Shown: positions 49,140-50,136 of the stretch, in pieces
How positions within the stretch are numbered: position 1 is the first letter of the stretch
Layout: each line of letters begins with the position of its first letter
DNA from: Octopus bimaculoides
Taxonomy: Eukaryota
DNA: 50,136 nucleotides
Assembly (NCBI RefSeq): GCF_001194135.2
Contig: NC_068983.1
Location: 99,976,680 to 100,026,815, forward strand
Direction: 5' to 3'
Notes under the pieces: generated by a model
What the model was told of the DNA's origin: nothing
Seen by the model: only the letters and a program-made list of their open reading frames with translations
The model's database searches: none
Made by a program: the position numbers and the translations under genes

Positions 49140-50105
49140 TTCTGCTAATTGGTACAAGGTCTGATTTTTGAGGGTGGGGACTAGTCGATTACACTGACCC
49201 CACTACTTGACAAGTACATTATTTTATCGACCTCGAAAGGATGAAAAGCAAAGTCAACCTCGGCGGAACTTGAACTCAAAACTTTAAGAACGGAGGAATA
49301 CCGCTAAGTATTTTCTTTGGCATGCTAACGATTCTTCCAGCGCGCCACCTTAGTGTATTTAGATAATCCTTTCTACTATAGGCATAAGGGCTGAAATTTT
49401 GAGGGAAGGGAACAGCTGATTTCATCGACCCAGTACATGATTGGTACTTATTTTGCCGACACCAAAAGGATGGAAGACAGACATTATTAATACGTAAACT
49501 GAGAAGGCGGCGAACAGGTAGAATCGTTAGCACGCCGGACAAAACGCTTTGCGTCATTTCTTCCGTCTCTTTACGTTCAAGGTTGAAATTCCATCGAGGT
49601 TTGGCTTTATCTTTCACCCTTTTGGGGGTTGACAAAATAGAATGCTAGTCAAGTACTGGGCTCGATGTAATCGACTTATCCCTGCCCCCTAAATTTCAGG
49701 TCCTGTGCATTTAGGAGAAAGAATTTGTAGAGGCGGCAAGCTGGTAGAATCGTTAGCGAGTAGGACCAAATGCTTTGCGGCATTTCTTCCGTCTTCACTT
49801 TCTGGGTTCAAATTCCACTGAGATCGACTTTACCGTTCATCCTTTCATTCATTGGAATAATGTACCTGTCAAATATTAAAGTCAATCAATATACCCAACC
49901 TGCCCCCTCCCATAAATATTACTGACCTTGTGCCAGAATTAGAAAGAATTAATACGTTGATTATTCCTTTCTACTCTAGGCACAAGGCCCGAAATTTTTG
50001 GGGAGGGCCAGTCGATTAGATCGATCTCAGTATGCAACTGGTACTTAATTTATCGACTCCGAAAGGATGAAAGGCAAAGTCGACATTGGCGGAATTTGAA
50101 TCAAT
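49140..50105. mobile_element. Cluster of five family A SINEs (-, -, +, +, -)
   Basis: Approximate copies: 49140-49350 (-), 49365-49480 (-, partial), 49504-49725 (+), 49730-49945 (+), 49965-50105 (-, partial), each carrying core motifs. Confidence 0.85.
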
Positions 50106-50136
50106 ACGTTTTTTATTGAATGGAGATTGATACAAG

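Overview
Eukaryotic, AT-rich, repeat-dense draft-assembly scaffold with 15 N-gaps (about 6.5 kb) and many CA/TA/CATA/TATC/GA microsatellites. The SINE and 5S sequences look cephalopod (octopus-like); this is inferred from recognition, not a database search. The only intact protein gene is an ankyrin-repeat/SOCS-box (ASB-type) ORF at 846-1964 (-). The rest holds three recurrent tRNA-derived SINE families (called A, B and C here), LINE remnants (RTE, CR1, Tx1-like, R4/Dong-like RLE) and DNA-transposon remnants (mariner, maT, hAT, Helentron-like). The standout is a 378-bp composite retroposon at 12181-12558 (-). It consists of a full-length, structurally intact 5S rRNA, an A-rich linker in place of the normal oligo-T terminator, and a complete young family-A SINE. 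One 13-bp target-site duplication brackets the whole unit and there is no internal Pol III stop. Also notable: an RLE-type LINE end embedded in a (CATA)n microsatellite, several retroposon TSDs in CA/CATA repeats, and a perfect 23-bp hairpin. Boundaries of degenerate repeats were read by eye and are approximate (about +/-10-20 bp) unless TSDs/TIRs are quoted.
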